Assembly: GCA_038247555.1 (NCBI GenBank)
Contig: JBBRUT010000001.1
Location: 21,704 to 85,703, forward strand
Source of the DNA: Phycisphaerales bacterium
GTDB taxonomy: Bacteria > Planctomycetota > Phycisphaerae > Phycisphaerales > UBA1924
DNA length: 64,000 nucleotides
Direction of reading: 5' to 3'
The notes beneath the pieces were generated by a model. That model saw only the letters and a list, made by a program, of their open reading frames with translations. It did not search any database and was not told the origin of the DNA. How positions within the stretch are numbered: position 1 is the first letter of the stretch; each line of letters begins with the position of its first letter. Positions 49,781 to 61,100 of this stretch are shown one piece after another. A program made the translations under genes and the position numbers.

Positions 49781-51159
49781 CCGATCAACGCTCCGATGAA
49801 AGAGTCGGCCCAGGCGCTGATGTCGCTCCGGCGGACCACCGATCGCAGCACCGACATGTTCTTCTGCGCCTGATCGCGAGGCATGCGCAGGGCCTGCAGG
49901 ATGGTGTCGCCCATCCCGGTCATATCCCGCGGGTTCACGAGCATCGCGCGACGCAGCTCGCGCGCTGCGCCGGCAAACTCGCTGAGCACCAGCACACCGG
50001 TGTTGTCGGCGCGGCAGGCGACATACTCCTTGGCGACCAGGTTCATTCCATCTCGGAGGGGAGTTACCAGCATCACATCCGCGGCAACATACCACGCGAT
50101 CAGGTCTGTCCGGGAGAGCGATCTGCGGAAGTAGTGCACGGCGACCCGGCCGGGGATGGAGTGCTCGCCGTTGATGCGGCCGACGGTCTGCTCGACCTTG
50201 CTGCGGATCTCGGTGTAATCGGCAACCGGTTCGCGCGAGGGCACGGCAATCTGCACGAACACCGTACTCTCGACGGAGATCCGGCCGCGCCGAAGTAGGT
50301 CGGCGTACGAGTTCAGCCGGTAGTCGATGCCCTTGGTGTAGTCCATTCGATCAACGCTGAGGATGATCTGTCGGTCTGCGCCGACGCGCTCGCGAATCTG
50401 CTCGGCCGCACTCCGCACATCCGGATCTTTGGCGGTGGCATCGAACGCTTCGTAGTCGATCGAGATGGGGAACGCCCCGCACTGCACGATGCGGCCTTCA
50501 AACTCCAGAGCGGACTCGCCGCCGACAGCGGTCGTAAAGCGGCGCGCGAGCTTGGCGAAGTTGGATGTGGCCTCGGGAGTCTGAAAGCCCACCACATCGG
50601 CTCCGAGGAGTCCCCGAAGAATGTCCGCCCTCCACGGGAGCCATGCAAAGAGTTCGTCGGGCGGGAAGGGGATGTGCAGGAAGAAGCCGATCCGGACGTT
50701 GGGCTTCATCTCGCGCAGCATGCCTGGGACAAGCTGAAGGTGGTAATCGTGGATCCAGACCAAGTCGCCCTTTTTGGCACGGCGTGCGGCGGCTTCGGCG
50801 AAGCGACGGTTCACCGCGACGTAGGCCTCCCACCAATCCTGACGGAAGGCGGGCGTGCGGATGGCATCGTGGTAGAGCGGCCAGAATGTTCGGTTGCTCA
50901 TCCCGTGGTAGAAATCGTTCTCTTCCTTCTCGCTGAGCGCCACGGGCGCGATCTTCAGGTTTCCGGTTTCAAACGGTTTGGGGCCGCGGCCCGGCGCGCC
51001 CGTCCACCCTACCCACGTTCCGCCACGATGTTCAAAGACCTGATCGAGCGCGGAGACCAGTCCGCCGGGCGATCGCTCCCACCGGGCGCTGGCGCCATGT
51101 CCGACGCGCCGGACCGGGAGCCGGTTAGCAACAACAATGAGCTTGCTCCGCTTGGGCAT
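49777..51159 (-). CDS. otsA: Trehalose-6-phosphate synthase (GT20)
   Basis: 460 aa. LIVVANRLPV, WVGWTG, IHDYHL and the full GT20 architecture. Confidence 0.9.
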   Translation of the reverse strand: MPKRSKLIVVANRLPVRRVGHGASARWERSPGGLVSALDQVFEHRGGTWVGWTGAPGRGPKPFETGNLKIAPVALSEKEENDFYHGMSNRTFWPLYHDAIRTPAFRQDWWEAYVAVNRRFAEAAARRAKKGDLVWIHDYHLQLVPGMLREMKPNVRIGFFLHIPFPPDELFAWLPWRADILRGLLGADVVGFQTPEATSNFAKLARRFTTAVGGESALEFEGRIVQCGAFPISIDYEAFDATAKDPDVRSAAEQIRERVGADRQIILSVDRMDYTKGIDYRLNSYADLLRRGRISVESTVFVQIAVPSREPVADYTEIRSKVEQTVGRINGEHSIPGRVAVHYFRRSLSRTDLIAWYVAADVMLVTPLRDGMNLVAKEYVACRADNTGVLVLSEFAGAARELRRAMLVNPRDMTGMGDTILQALRMPRDQAQKNMSVLRSVVRRSDISAWADSFIGALIG

Positions 51160-51302
51160 TCCGGCGGGGTCCCTTCACATCACATGGCGCAGCCTTTACC
51201 CGCGGAGGCGATGATCGCTCGCCTGGGCAAAGTTGCCAAGGTCCTGGTTGTCCTGACCCGCCGCGCCGGCTCCATCGCCGCGACGTGCCTTGCGAGAATC
51301 GA

Positions 51303-51875
51303 CTAGGTTCCGCCCACGGTCAGCCCGACTGGCTGCGAGCGAACGCGGTGGCTTGGGTCGATCACCAGGCCCATCGGGGCGCGCTTTCCACCCGGTGGGG
51401 TCGGCGGGATGCCCTGCTGATCGATGTGCCGCTGGATGGCCATGATGCCCTCGAGCAACTGCTCGGGGCGCGGCGGGCACCCGGGGATATAGACATCGAC
51501 CGGGATGAACTGATCGCAGCCCTGCACGACGGCGTAAGTATCAAAGACCCCGCCGGTGCTGGCGCACGCGCCCATGGAGAGAACCCATTTGGGTTCGGTC
51601 ATCTGCTCATAGATCCGCTGCAGCACGGGCATGGTCTTGATGGAGATCCGTCCGGCGACGATGAGCAGGTCCGCCTGTCGCGGCGAGAAGCTCATACGCT
51701 CCATGCCGAAACGGGCAAGGTCGTACCGGCTTGAGGCCGCGGCCATGAGTTCGATCCCACAGCATGCCGTGGCGAACGGCATCGGCCAGAGCGAACTGCG
51801 GCGAGCCCAGTTGATCACACGAGACAGCTGTGTCGTGAGAAATCCGTCGACAGGAATTGCGGCCTCGATGCCCAT
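51303..51875 (-). CDS. nuoB: NADH-quinone oxidoreductase subunit B-type [4Fe-4S] protein (no other nuo genes adjacent)
   Basis: 190 aa. All N2-cluster ligand motifs are present: [21 protein letters not shown] and IPGCPPRPE. Confidence 0.9.
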   Translation of the reverse strand: MGIEAAIPVDGFLTTQLSRVINWARRSSLWPMPFATACCGIELMAAASSRYDLARFGMERMSFSPRQADLLIVAGRISIKTMPVLQRIYEQMTEPKWVLSMGACASTGGVFDTYAVVQGCDQFIPVDVYIPGCPPRPEQLLEGIMAIQRHIDQQGIPPTPPGGKRAPMGLVIDPSHRVRSQPVGLTVGGT

Positions 51876-51896
51876 GTGTCATATGCCCTGAAGAAG

Positions 51897-52154
51897 TCAG
51901 TTGCGTTGAGGTGTCGGGGGAATGCGCGAACCCGAAGGGGCGCTTTGCTCCTGCTTCCCGAAGATCCAGTCATCGACCGCGCTGTTCCGCTGATAGGGCT
52001 CGGATACCTGGTATTGGTCGGCACCAAACCCCGTTGCCCGCGTGACGCGCTGGTAGCAGCCCGTCATGCCGCAGGTGGCAAGGACCGCCGCGATGATCAC
52101 CCATCGGCTCGCGCCAGCCCGAAGACCGTGTATTGCGTGCGTTTCGAGGGCCAT
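51897..52154 (-). CDS. Small lipoprotein, unknown function
   Basis: ATG at 52154 preceded by AAGGAG gives 85 aa. Lipobox in VIIAAVLATCGMTGC. The 236-aa track ORF would overlap the yihY 3' end. Confidence 0.5.
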   Translation of the reverse strand: MALETHAIHGLRAGASRWVIIAAVLATCGMTGCYQRVTRATGFGADQYQVSEPYQRNSAVDDWIFGKQEQSAPSGSRIPPTPQRN

Positions 52155-52164
52155 GGGGAACTCC

Positions 52165-53892
52165 TTACCGTGGTCCTTCAAGGGTAGCAGGGGTGGTCTC
52201 TGGACGCGCGGTTGTAGGCTGTGAAGGCCGGTCGATGAGTCGAGGCGCGGGAGACCGGTCGATCGAGCCCCGGGTGTTAAGGCCGGGCAGCGATGTCGGC
52301 CTGCCGACGGCCAGAGTCGCGAGTGTCTGCTCACCCACCATGTCGATCTGTGCGCGGTGGAGCCCCTCGATCGCGTCATCGGAATCGATCGCCCCGGCGA
52401 GTTCGTACCCAAGTTCCAGTACTTCAGCCACTCGGATCGCCGCGGGCGACCGCGCAAGGGCATATGTTGATTCGGCATCCTCGCCCGGATTCTCCAAGCG
52501 ATGCAAGATTCCCCGTTCCGCCAGCTTCCCGACCACCAGACGCACCACGGGCTCGGGGAGCTTTGTGTTCTTGGCAAGCGTCGGTGCATCGAGCGTCTTG
52601 CCAGCATCGAACCCGCGGGCGATCGCTGTCAACACCACCAGAGCCGCGGCAGGATCCACGAGCATCGGCCCCATATCGGAGATGGGCTGGGCGCGTGTCT
52701 TGGCCCGGCCGTGCTGAAGCTGGTACGCAATCTGCAATCCGAAGAGGATGATGAGCCATGTGAAGTACACCCAGAGCAGGAAGAGCGGCAGGAGCGCCAA
52801 TGCCCCATAAAGCTTCGCGGTGCCGCTCGACACGCTCAGGTATTGCGTGAACCCCCACTTGCCCGCTTCCCAGAGCAGCGCCGCAGTGAAGGCGCCCGCC
52901 AGCGCCGGACGGAGCTTGACCTTCGTGTTTGGCACCGTGATGTAGGCGATAAAGAAAAACAGGGTGCTGATCGACACCGTGATCGCGTACCCAATCATGA
53001 TCGTGGGCAGCGTCGCCGTCCCGAACTTGACACCCCACTCTGCGGCGCGAGCCTGCGCCATGGCGATGTACTGCTGGCTTACCACGAACGTCGCCACCAG
53101 CCCCAGCGGTCCGAGCGTGAGCAGCGTCCAATACTGCATCACCCGCCGCGCCCAGCTCCTTCCCCGCGGCACGCGATAGATCTGGTTGAACGCAAGCTCA
53201 ATCTCCACCAGCATTGCCATCGCTGCATACACCAGCATGGCGGCGGCGGTCCACCCGATCGTCGTAAGCGAGATCTTGTTGACGCGATTGATCAGGTTCG
53301 TGATCCATTTGTCAACCGCGGGAGGGGGCTCGACCCCCGGGGCCGTGTTCGCGCTGGCGTTCGCCGCGATCTCCTTCAAGATCTCCTCACCTTGATCACC
53401 ACCCACTGGTTCATCGGTCGCCTGGCTCACTTCAGGATCAGGGACAGCCGCCTCCGCAGGGTCGGATCCATCCATCGCTGTCGCATCGACGGATGGTGCT
53501 GGAGGGCCAATGAACATTTCCTCGCTCGGCACGGCGATCGCCGAAAGCCCGCTGTATGCCAGCGCTTTCTCGACGGCCGTGCGGACATCCTCCTCAGACG
53601 CGAAGTACTTCACCCCCACCATCGCGACGATGATCACCGGCAGCAGCCCGAAGATCGTGCGATACGACAACGCGGCGGCCATCTGTGGGAGGCGGGACTT
53701 CTGCGCATCGGCCGCGGCCGATCGCATCGTGGCCATCGCGGGGTCCGCGGAGCGCTTGGATGCAAAGAAACCGGCGCGTGCCTTCGCGGCCGTCTTGCTC
53801 AGGGCTCCCCAACCGAACATGGCCCCGCTCGACGGCTGCCTTGGGGCATCGCCAGAGGAGCGATCCGGTGTTGGGCGTGGCTTGCCGATCAT
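52165..53892 (-). CDS. YihY/BrkB-family membrane protein with C-terminal Rrf2-like winged-helix extension
   Basis: 575 aa. YihY signature (MAAALSYRTIFGLLPVIIV) and about six TM segments with an acidic loop insert. The C-terminal 170 aa include PTLAKNTKLPEPVVRLVVGKLAERGILHRLENPGEDAESTYALARSP. Confidence 0.75.
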   Translation of the reverse strand: MIGKPRPTPDRSSGDAPRQPSSGAMFGWGALSKTAAKARAGFFASKRSADPAMATMRSAAADAQKSRLPQMAAALSYRTIFGLLPVIIVAMVGVKYFASEEDVRTAVEKALAYSGLSAIAVPSEEMFIGPPAPSVDATAMDGSDPAEAAVPDPEVSQATDEPVGGDQGEEILKEIAANASANTAPGVEPPPAVDKWITNLINRVNKISLTTIGWTAAAMLVYAAMAMLVEIELAFNQIYRVPRGRSWARRVMQYWTLLTLGPLGLVATFVVSQQYIAMAQARAAEWGVKFGTATLPTIMIGYAITVSISTLFFFIAYITVPNTKVKLRPALAGAFTAALLWEAGKWGFTQYLSVSSGTAKLYGALALLPLFLLWVYFTWLIILFGLQIAYQLQHGRAKTRAQPISDMGPMLVDPAAALVVLTAIARGFDAGKTLDAPTLAKNTKLPEPVVRLVVGKLAERGILHRLENPGEDAESTYALARSPAAIRVAEVLELGYELAGAIDSDDAIEGLHRAQIDMVGEQTLATLAVGRPTSLPGLNTRGSIDRSPAPRLIDRPSQPTTARPETTPATLEGPR

Positions 53893-55088
53893 CGCGTGCT
53901 TCCCCCGCGTTGATCGGCCTTCCGGACGGGCATGATGCGTCGGGGGCGCGGAGGGACCGGGGATTGTTCTGGCGCGCCGCCACCGGTCGCTCGGGCACCG
54001 GCCTGCCGGCGGCCTGCCCCTCCACTTGCCCCCCCACTTGTCGCCCCTCCACTTGTCGCCCCTCTTGTCGCCCCTCTTGTCGCCCCGCCCGACCCCGCCC
54101 TTGCCCCGCCAACGGCGCCGCTTGCACCAGCGCCTCCGGCACGCGTCCGTGCTCCTCCAACCGGGGACACGCGTCGCGGTGGCTTCGTCCCCGAACGCCT
54201 ACGGGCGTCTGTTGCCTGTTCAGGTCGGGATGCGGATGCCTCGGCAAGGCCCGCGGCAACCATCAGGCTTTCAAGATCCTTCCGGTCCAGGAACTTCCAG
54301 CTGCCGCTGGCGATCCCGCGAATGGAAACCGGGCCGATCGCCGTGCGGACCAGCCGCTTGACCTTGAGGCCGGCATCAAAGATGAGCGAATCGATGCGTA
54401 GCTTGGGTGACTCGCGGAGCGTGACTTCCAGTTCTGTCTCGGTACCAGTATGCGAGAGCACCTGGATCGGATCCGCCGCTCGCGGGTGGGCAGGGCCAAG
54501 CGACGCGGCCAGCTTCTCGCGCATTCGCGCCAGCACCTCGTTGGGCACCCGGCCGCGGACGAACACGACATAGGTTCGCGACACGCCGTAGCGCGCATGC
54601 GTCAGCCGGTTGGCGAGTTCACCGTCGTTGGTGAGAATGACCAGGCCTGTGTCGTGGAATCCGAGGCGTCCGACCGGGAAGAGGCGGCCAAGGCCCGCAT
54701 CGGCGACAAGATCCAGCACTGTCCGGCGCGCACCCCGCGGCGAATCGGTATCCGGATCGGTCTCGCTCGCTCCGTACGGATCGTCCTTGGTGGTGGAGAG
54801 GGTTCGGTCGGGCTTGTTCATCGCGATGTAGATTCGCCGGACGGTCGATCGGCCGCGGCCCCTTGAAGTGCCGCCGCCGCCATCGAGTTCGACTTTGCGA
54901 CCGTTCGCAAAGACGGTGTCGGTGCGTGGATTGATGAATACCGGCAGATCGGTCACGACCTTCCCGTTCACGCGGACCTCGCCGCGGGCGATCATCGCCT
55001 CACACTCCCGCCTGGAGGCCACGCCTGCATCGGCCATGGCGCGCTGGAGCCGGACACCGTTTGGGTTTCGCGAGGTTTTCACGCTCAA
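53889..55088 (-). CDS. RluB/RsuA-family pseudouridine synthase-like protein (catalytic Asp replaced), Arg/Gly-rich tail
   Basis: S4 domain (RLQRAMADAGVASRRECEAMIARGEVRVNGK). Core motif reads VGRLGFHDTGLVILTNDGELANRL where family members have GRLD. TTG start 55088 (GTG 55082 also possible). ATGA overlap with the yihY start. Confidence 0.75.
   Translation of the reverse strand: MSVKTSRNPNGVRLQRAMADAGVASRRECEAMIARGEVRVNGKVVTDLPVFINPRTDTVFANGRKVELDGGGGTSRGRGRSTVRRIYIAMNKPDRTLSTTKDDPYGASETDPDTDSPRGARRTVLDLVADAGLGRLFPVGRLGFHDTGLVILTNDGELANRLTHARYGVSRTYVVFVRGRVPNEVLARMREKLAASLGPAHPRAADPIQVLSHTGTETELEVTLRESPKLRIDSLIFDAGLKVKRLVRTAIGPVSIRGIASGSWKFLDRKDLESLMVAAGLAEASASRPEQATDARRRSGTKPPRRVSPVGGARTRAGGAGASGAVGGARAGSGGATRGATRGATSGGATSGGASGGAGRRQAGARATGGGAPEQSPVPPRPRRIMPVRKADQRGGSTR
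54017..54085 (-). repeat. In-frame 12/15-nt tandem repeats in the rluB-like 3' region
   Basis: The plus strand reads cccctccacttg / cccccccacttgtcg / cccctccacttgtcg / cccctcttgtcg / cccctcttgtcg, encoding GGATRGATRGATSGGATSGGASGG. Confidence 0.8.
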
Positions 55089-55133
55089 TCGTACGCTTGG
55101 GGCCGAGGGAGAGTTGTCACATCCGGGGCGCAG

Positions 55134-55161
55134 AAAAAGACCCCCGCGGGATGCGGGGGTC
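55134..55161 (-). terminator. Rho-independent terminator after the giant gene
   Basis: The minus strand reads GACCCCCGC-ATCCC-GCGGGGGTC followed by TTTTTCT. A 9-bp GC stem located 35 nt after the stop at 55196. Confidence 0.75.
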
Positions 55162-55195
55162 TTTGCGAACGATCAGATCGAACACTGCCCGGGGC

Positions 55196-58100
55196 TTAGA
55201 ACCGGGGTGCGATGTAGGTCTGGGCGAGTGCCAGGCTGTTCTGTGCACCGATGTAGAAGTTGGTGTCGGAGATCGCGTCAAAGCCGTTGGAGAGGGGACG
55301 CAGGGCGCCCACGAACCGAACGGTCGTTGCGTTCTGGACGGAGTTGGCCGCCATGGCGGGTGTCGGGACGGCGGCACCCCCGACGTTGGCCTCCACGCGC
55401 AGGCCGATCATCTCGCCGATGCGCCGAGCGACCGCACCGGTGAGCTGCGCGACGAAGTTGTCGACACCAAGCTGGCTCGGATCGTTGCCCAGGACACCAA
55501 AGGAGGAGAGGAACACGACTGACTGATCCTGGAGATTCACGTTGAATGCGTCGACTCGCTCGGATGCACCGAACGTGCCATCGTTGAAGAACTGGCTCGG
55601 TTCGGCATTGCCCGCGAGGAAGACCGTGGAGAACGGCTGACCCTCGAATGCGGCGGGCGTGGTCGAGATGGTGATGTTGAGATTGGCCGCGACCATCATC
55701 GCGTTGAGGTTCGACACGAGGTTGTTGAGCACGTAGGTGTCGGCCGCGAAGCCGCCGATCTGTCCGGAAAAGCCCAGGACCGATGTGGAGTAGGGATCGA
55801 TGCGGGTCGAGAGTCCATCGCCTGCCTCGAGCCAGTCGATCACGCCGCCCATGGTTTCGAGCAGGATGTTCTGACCGACCTTGACAACGTTGCCGCGGCC
55901 TTTGGTAACGACGCTGAGCTCGTAGTCGGATCGAATCGCGCCCTGGAGATAGATCGCGTACGGCGCGGGAACGGGATTGGTGATCCCCTGAGCGCCGGGC
56001 ACGACAAACTCGATGAAGAAGTCGCCGTTGGCGTTATAGCCGTACTTGTTTCGCGGCGTCTGGAAGATCTCCTGATCCTGACCGCCAATGGGCAGGAACT
56101 CGGAGGGTGCCGCGAGGAGACGGGCGTTATCAAAGCCGGTGCTTGCGGGCACCTCGAACACACCGAAGATGGTGTCGCCGAGCAGATCGAGGCTGGAGAA
56201 CACCAGGCCGGTGCGCTCGCGGCCCTGCAGGATCGGGGACAGGCCGATGTTCGAGCCGGTCTCGGTGAGCCGCAGGACCGCGCGGATGCGTGTGCCAGGG
56301 GCGATAGGCTGACCGCCATTGAGGTGATAGACATCGATGTCGGGAGAAATCGTGGTGGGATTACCCGCGGCACCCGGGGTGCCGATCGCCGAGGTCACAA
56401 CCTGCTGCACGACGTCATCCTGTGTGCCCCACTGCCGATCCCTGCCGGCACGTCGAGTGGAGACGACGCCATCGAGGCTTGTGCCGCGAATGACATCGTC
56501 GCGGGTATTGGGGACACCATCGGGACCAAGGCCGAGCGTGAAGGTGTACCGGCCGTCGGTGATGCTGGTGAGATCGTCACCGGTGCCAAAGACCCCGTCG
56601 GAACCCGCGAACGAGGTGGGAACAGGTGCGTTGAGAAGCTCGGTGCCATCGCCAGAATCGGTATCGCCAGCAAAGCCGGTGTCGCCGTCGTCGAAGACTT
56701 CGATGCTGAAGCGGTAGGACCCGACTGCACCCGGGACCGGCTCTGCGTTGTTGATCGCGTTGCCGTCTGCAAGGTTCACGCCGGCGAGGTTGCCCGCAAC
56801 AACGATGTAATAGACGCCGGTGACCGCGACGAGGTACTGATCCTCGTTGGAGAGCTCGCCCTCCGCGAGGGGAGCATTGGGCAGACGGCGGATCGGCCCG
56901 GTTGCGCCACCGGTCTGATTGCCGAAGAGACCACCGAAGGGATTGTTCGGATCAAACGTCCCAAGACCCGTGTTGGCGGCGAGCAGCGTACCCGCTGCGT
57001 CGTAGATGCCGCGGCCTGCACGCTGCGCCACACCCTGCATTCCACCAAGGCGGAGAATCTGCCCAGCACGGAGCGAGACGGAGTAGACGTCGGCATCGCC
57101 GCCGGCGCGGAAGGTGGTGGCGTTGGAGTCCGGATGATCGCCGATGGTCCCACGCAGAATGAATGGGTGATTGGTATCGGGCAGGCCGTCGGACTCGCTG
57201 TTGCTATCCAGCACGACGTTCAGATTAATCGCGCCATAGAAGTCGATCGAGGGATCCGAGACCGGGTTCGTGGGATTGATCTTATCGCCGGCATCGCCGA
57301 CGATGTCGTCCTGCGAGAAGTCGTCGCCGATCTGGCCGTCGCCGTTTCCATCCAGACGCGAGGACTGGGAAGCGCCACGAAGGAACTCGGCATTCAGCAC
57401 GAACCGGTAGACGCCGGGTCCCGGAACGCCCTGCAGGGCCGGGAGATCGCGATTGGTGATGGTCGTCGAGAACGTGATGACCGCGGTCATCGTCGAGGCT
57501 TCGTAATCGATGGTGTAGTCGACGTTCTCCGCCAGGCCGATGGTGAGGCCGCCCGACCGCACCTCAAAGATGCTCAGAGCGTTGGTGAGCGTGCTGGCGT
57601 CGATCGCCTGGTTGAATGTGATTCGACCGACATAGACACGGCCATCCTCGATGACCTGCAGATCCTCGACCTGCACGGGGACGGGGTTGGCATTCAGACG
57701 GTTCACGCTGAAGTTGCCCGAGGACATGAAGTTGGACCCGCCAACCCGCACGATCCCGACCGAACCCGTGGAAGCCACGCGGTACTGCTGGGAGTTGAAC
57801 GGCGAGCCGACGATGGCTCCGCCGATGGTAACGCTACCGATCGAGGATCGCCCGTCATCGGCGCGGTCATCGCTGGTTCCCAGGAAGCCGTCGGGACCGC
57901 GGAGGATGCCCGCGGCGACATCGGAGCGGGTGAAGTTTCCACCGATAATGACCTGACCGATGGTGCCATCGGTGACCACATCGGCCGCGCGGCCGGTGCC
58001 ACCGAAGGATGCATCGGTGCCCAGATCGACACCTGCGAGGAACGCCGTCGAATCGACATTGCCGCCGACATTGATCGAGGTGATTGCATCGCGAGCCGAG

Positions 58101-61100
58101 ACTCGGGACTCGCTCGATGTGCCCACGTTGATCGAGCGGATGATCTTGCCCGCACGCACGCCGGCCCGGCTCAGAGACCCGGCGGTGAACGCGTCGATCT
58201 CACGGTCGGAGCTGAAGTTTCCGGCGAAGACACCGCCGATGGTGACCGATCCGACGTCGAGGGCTTCGACGGTGAGCTCGGTATCCGAGCCCGTGGTGCC
58301 GAAGTTGCCTGTCACCGTCAGGGCACGCAGATCGCGGGCCAGGAGGCGGCCGGTGTTGAACGCCGCGGCACGGAACGACTGGATGTCGCCGCCGGAGCCG
58401 AACGCGCCCGTGGCACTGATCGTTCCGAAGGTCGCGTTGTTGAGCGCGCCGTCGAGATAGAAGGCCGAGGTGCCCTGGAGCGTTCCTTCAACCACGCCCG
58501 TGCCGAGCGCGGCGTTGTTGTTCCCAAGCACACGCAGGTTGGTGAGTGTGACATCGAGTGCGGAGATCCGGAGGCTCGAACCGGCGGTCGTATTGCGGAG
58601 CGTGATGAGCCCGTTGGGACGGTCCCAGAAGGCCTGACCGGGTCCGCTGAAGACCACGGTTGCACGCTCGCCGCTGAGCAGCATGATGTTGAACGCGGCA
58701 CCATTGGGAATCGCGACGGCTGAGACGCTCGGGTTCGAAACCAGTGACGGATCCACCGCGGCAAGGCTCGAGCCATTGTTCCGCTGGATGCTGCCGGTCG
58801 TTGGTCCGACCGAGCCGTCGGCGTATGCGAACACGGCACGCGAGCCCGCGCCGACAGAGACCGAGCCGATGCTCGATGTTCCGGGGCCGGTTCGGTTGTT
58901 GACATTGCCGTACTTCCCGCTCGGCGCCGCGGAGACACCCGCGGAGATCCGCAGGTTCACAGCCTTGCCGGTCACCAGGATGGTGCCGATGTCGCCCGAT
59001 CGCACGGTGTCATAGTCGCCGCCGGCTCCGCCGACTCGACCGTCAATACCAAGATCAACCACTCCGGCGAGCACTGTTGTCGCTTGCACCGCCTGGAACT
59101 CAAGACGCGAGATCAGATCGCCCGCGGCGATCGAACTGCCCAGACCGCGGGAGAGGTTGTCGTTGCCGATGCGCATCGCGGAGATGAGCCCGATGGACTC
59201 GCCAGCGAAGATGCGGGATTCCCAGATCTTCCCCGTACCGGCGACGGTGATGGAGCCGATCGTGGTGCGCGCGGAGATCGAAGGGCCGTCGTATGCGCTC
59301 GTCTTCACGGCGCCGGGTGGCAACTGGTTGCGCTGACCACCGGAGGGAGCGAACGGACGATTGGCTCGGTACGCGGAAGCGATGCCGATATGACCGACAT
59401 AGCCGTCTGCACCCACGAGCAGCGAGATGGAGCCGATCGAGCCGTCCGCTTCCACATTGCCCAGGAGGTTGCCGCCGACGATCGTGATCGACCCGATGTT
59501 TCCATCCCCCGCGAAGATGCGGTAGCCCTGACGGAACGAGCCGTTGGTGATGACAATCGAACCGATTCCGCCGGAGTAGGAGATGATGTCGCCGGCGACA
59601 TCGCCGACGATGTCAATGGCGTTGATGCGGCCGAACGCGATAATGCGGCCGCGAGAAACGAGGTCGTTGAGCGGCGTCGCGGACACACGCGCCGCTCGCA
59701 CGGTTCCGGTGATGTCCTGCCCGACGAGGATGTCGTTGTAGATCTGACCATTGACCGCGGTGATTGAACCAAGATTGCCGCGGATATCGAGCGCCCGATC
59801 CGCGCCGTCGGTTCGGCGGCCGATGTTGCGGCCCGCGATGATCGTGTCGGCGTTGCCCAGGATCTGCAAGTCGACCAGCAGATCGCGTCCGGCCGAGAGC
59901 CGGGTGAGGCGGCCGTCGCTCGGGTCGGTGGAGGAGATACGCATATCGACGTCGTTGTTCAACGACTCGATGGTCCCGATCGGTCCTGACGAGGAGAGCA
60001 CGCCCTGCACGCGGCCAGTCGCGCGAACTAGGTCGATGCGACCATCAGGACCGTTGGAGCGGATCTCGGTGAGGGTGATCTCTCCGGCGGCGATCATCTG
60101 AATGATCGGCCCGGCGACGTTGATCGAACTGGAGCGGATATCTCCGCCCGCGCTCAGGTTGCGCACACTACCGGAGGTAATGGAGGTGGAGCGGACATCG
60201 TTGGTCGCGATGACGTTGAAGATCTCGTTGTTGACGAGAATCGAGACGCGGGCGAGGTTGCGCCCGCCGACCGAGCCGAACAGCGAGCCGCCTGCATCAA
60301 CAATCAGGTCCGAGATATCTCCAGCCAGGCCATTGGTCACGACGCTCTGGATATTAATCGAAGCCTGGATCCGCGAGGGCAGGATCTCTCCAGGGTTGCC
60401 CAGGCGAGTGGAGTTGCGGAACTCATCAGCGCTGACCGTGCCGATACTGCCCGACGCTGTCATGAACGTCGCGTCGTACGCGCCGCCGGTCAGATTGACT
60501 TCGACGATGGACTGACCGATGACGAAGGAACCGAAGAGATCGGTATTGACGCCGCGAATAAGACGAACCACACCCGCGAAGTAGTTGACATCGCGTACGC
60601 GCTGCGACTGCCAGAAGTCATCGAGGGGCGACGCGGCGATGTATGCCCGGTCGAAGCGCCCGTTGGTGAGCGAGACGTTGTTGAGCCCGAACACGGGGTT
60701 CGGGAGGCCGATGGGATTCTCGGTTCCGATTGTCGTGCGGGCACCAGCTCCGATATTGGCGGCGATGATGGTGCCCTGGATGGTGGCATTGGTTCCGGTG
60801 ACGAGGATGATGTCGTCATCGGCGAAGATGCCGGCCTGCGCGAAGGGGGACGGGCCCGAGCCCAGCAGGCCCTGTCCGACGTCCACGACGTTGATGGCCA
60901 CGGCGTAGACGCTGCCGAAGATGCCTTCAAACACGTTGGGCGCCGCAACCAGATCGGAGTTGGCGACCAGCCGCAGGAGGTGCCCGTTCTCGACGAGCAC
61001 ATCGCCGACAGCGCCGCCGACGTCAACATTCTGCACATCGCCGCCGCGAACGACCAAGCCGTTGAGCCAGCCGTCGATCGGCGAGCCGACATCTTCAAGC

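Noticed and set aside
52501-53913. 470-aa plus-strand ORF
   Set aside because: It is antisense to the YihY-family gene. Its composition is Arg/His/Asp-rich with no motifs.
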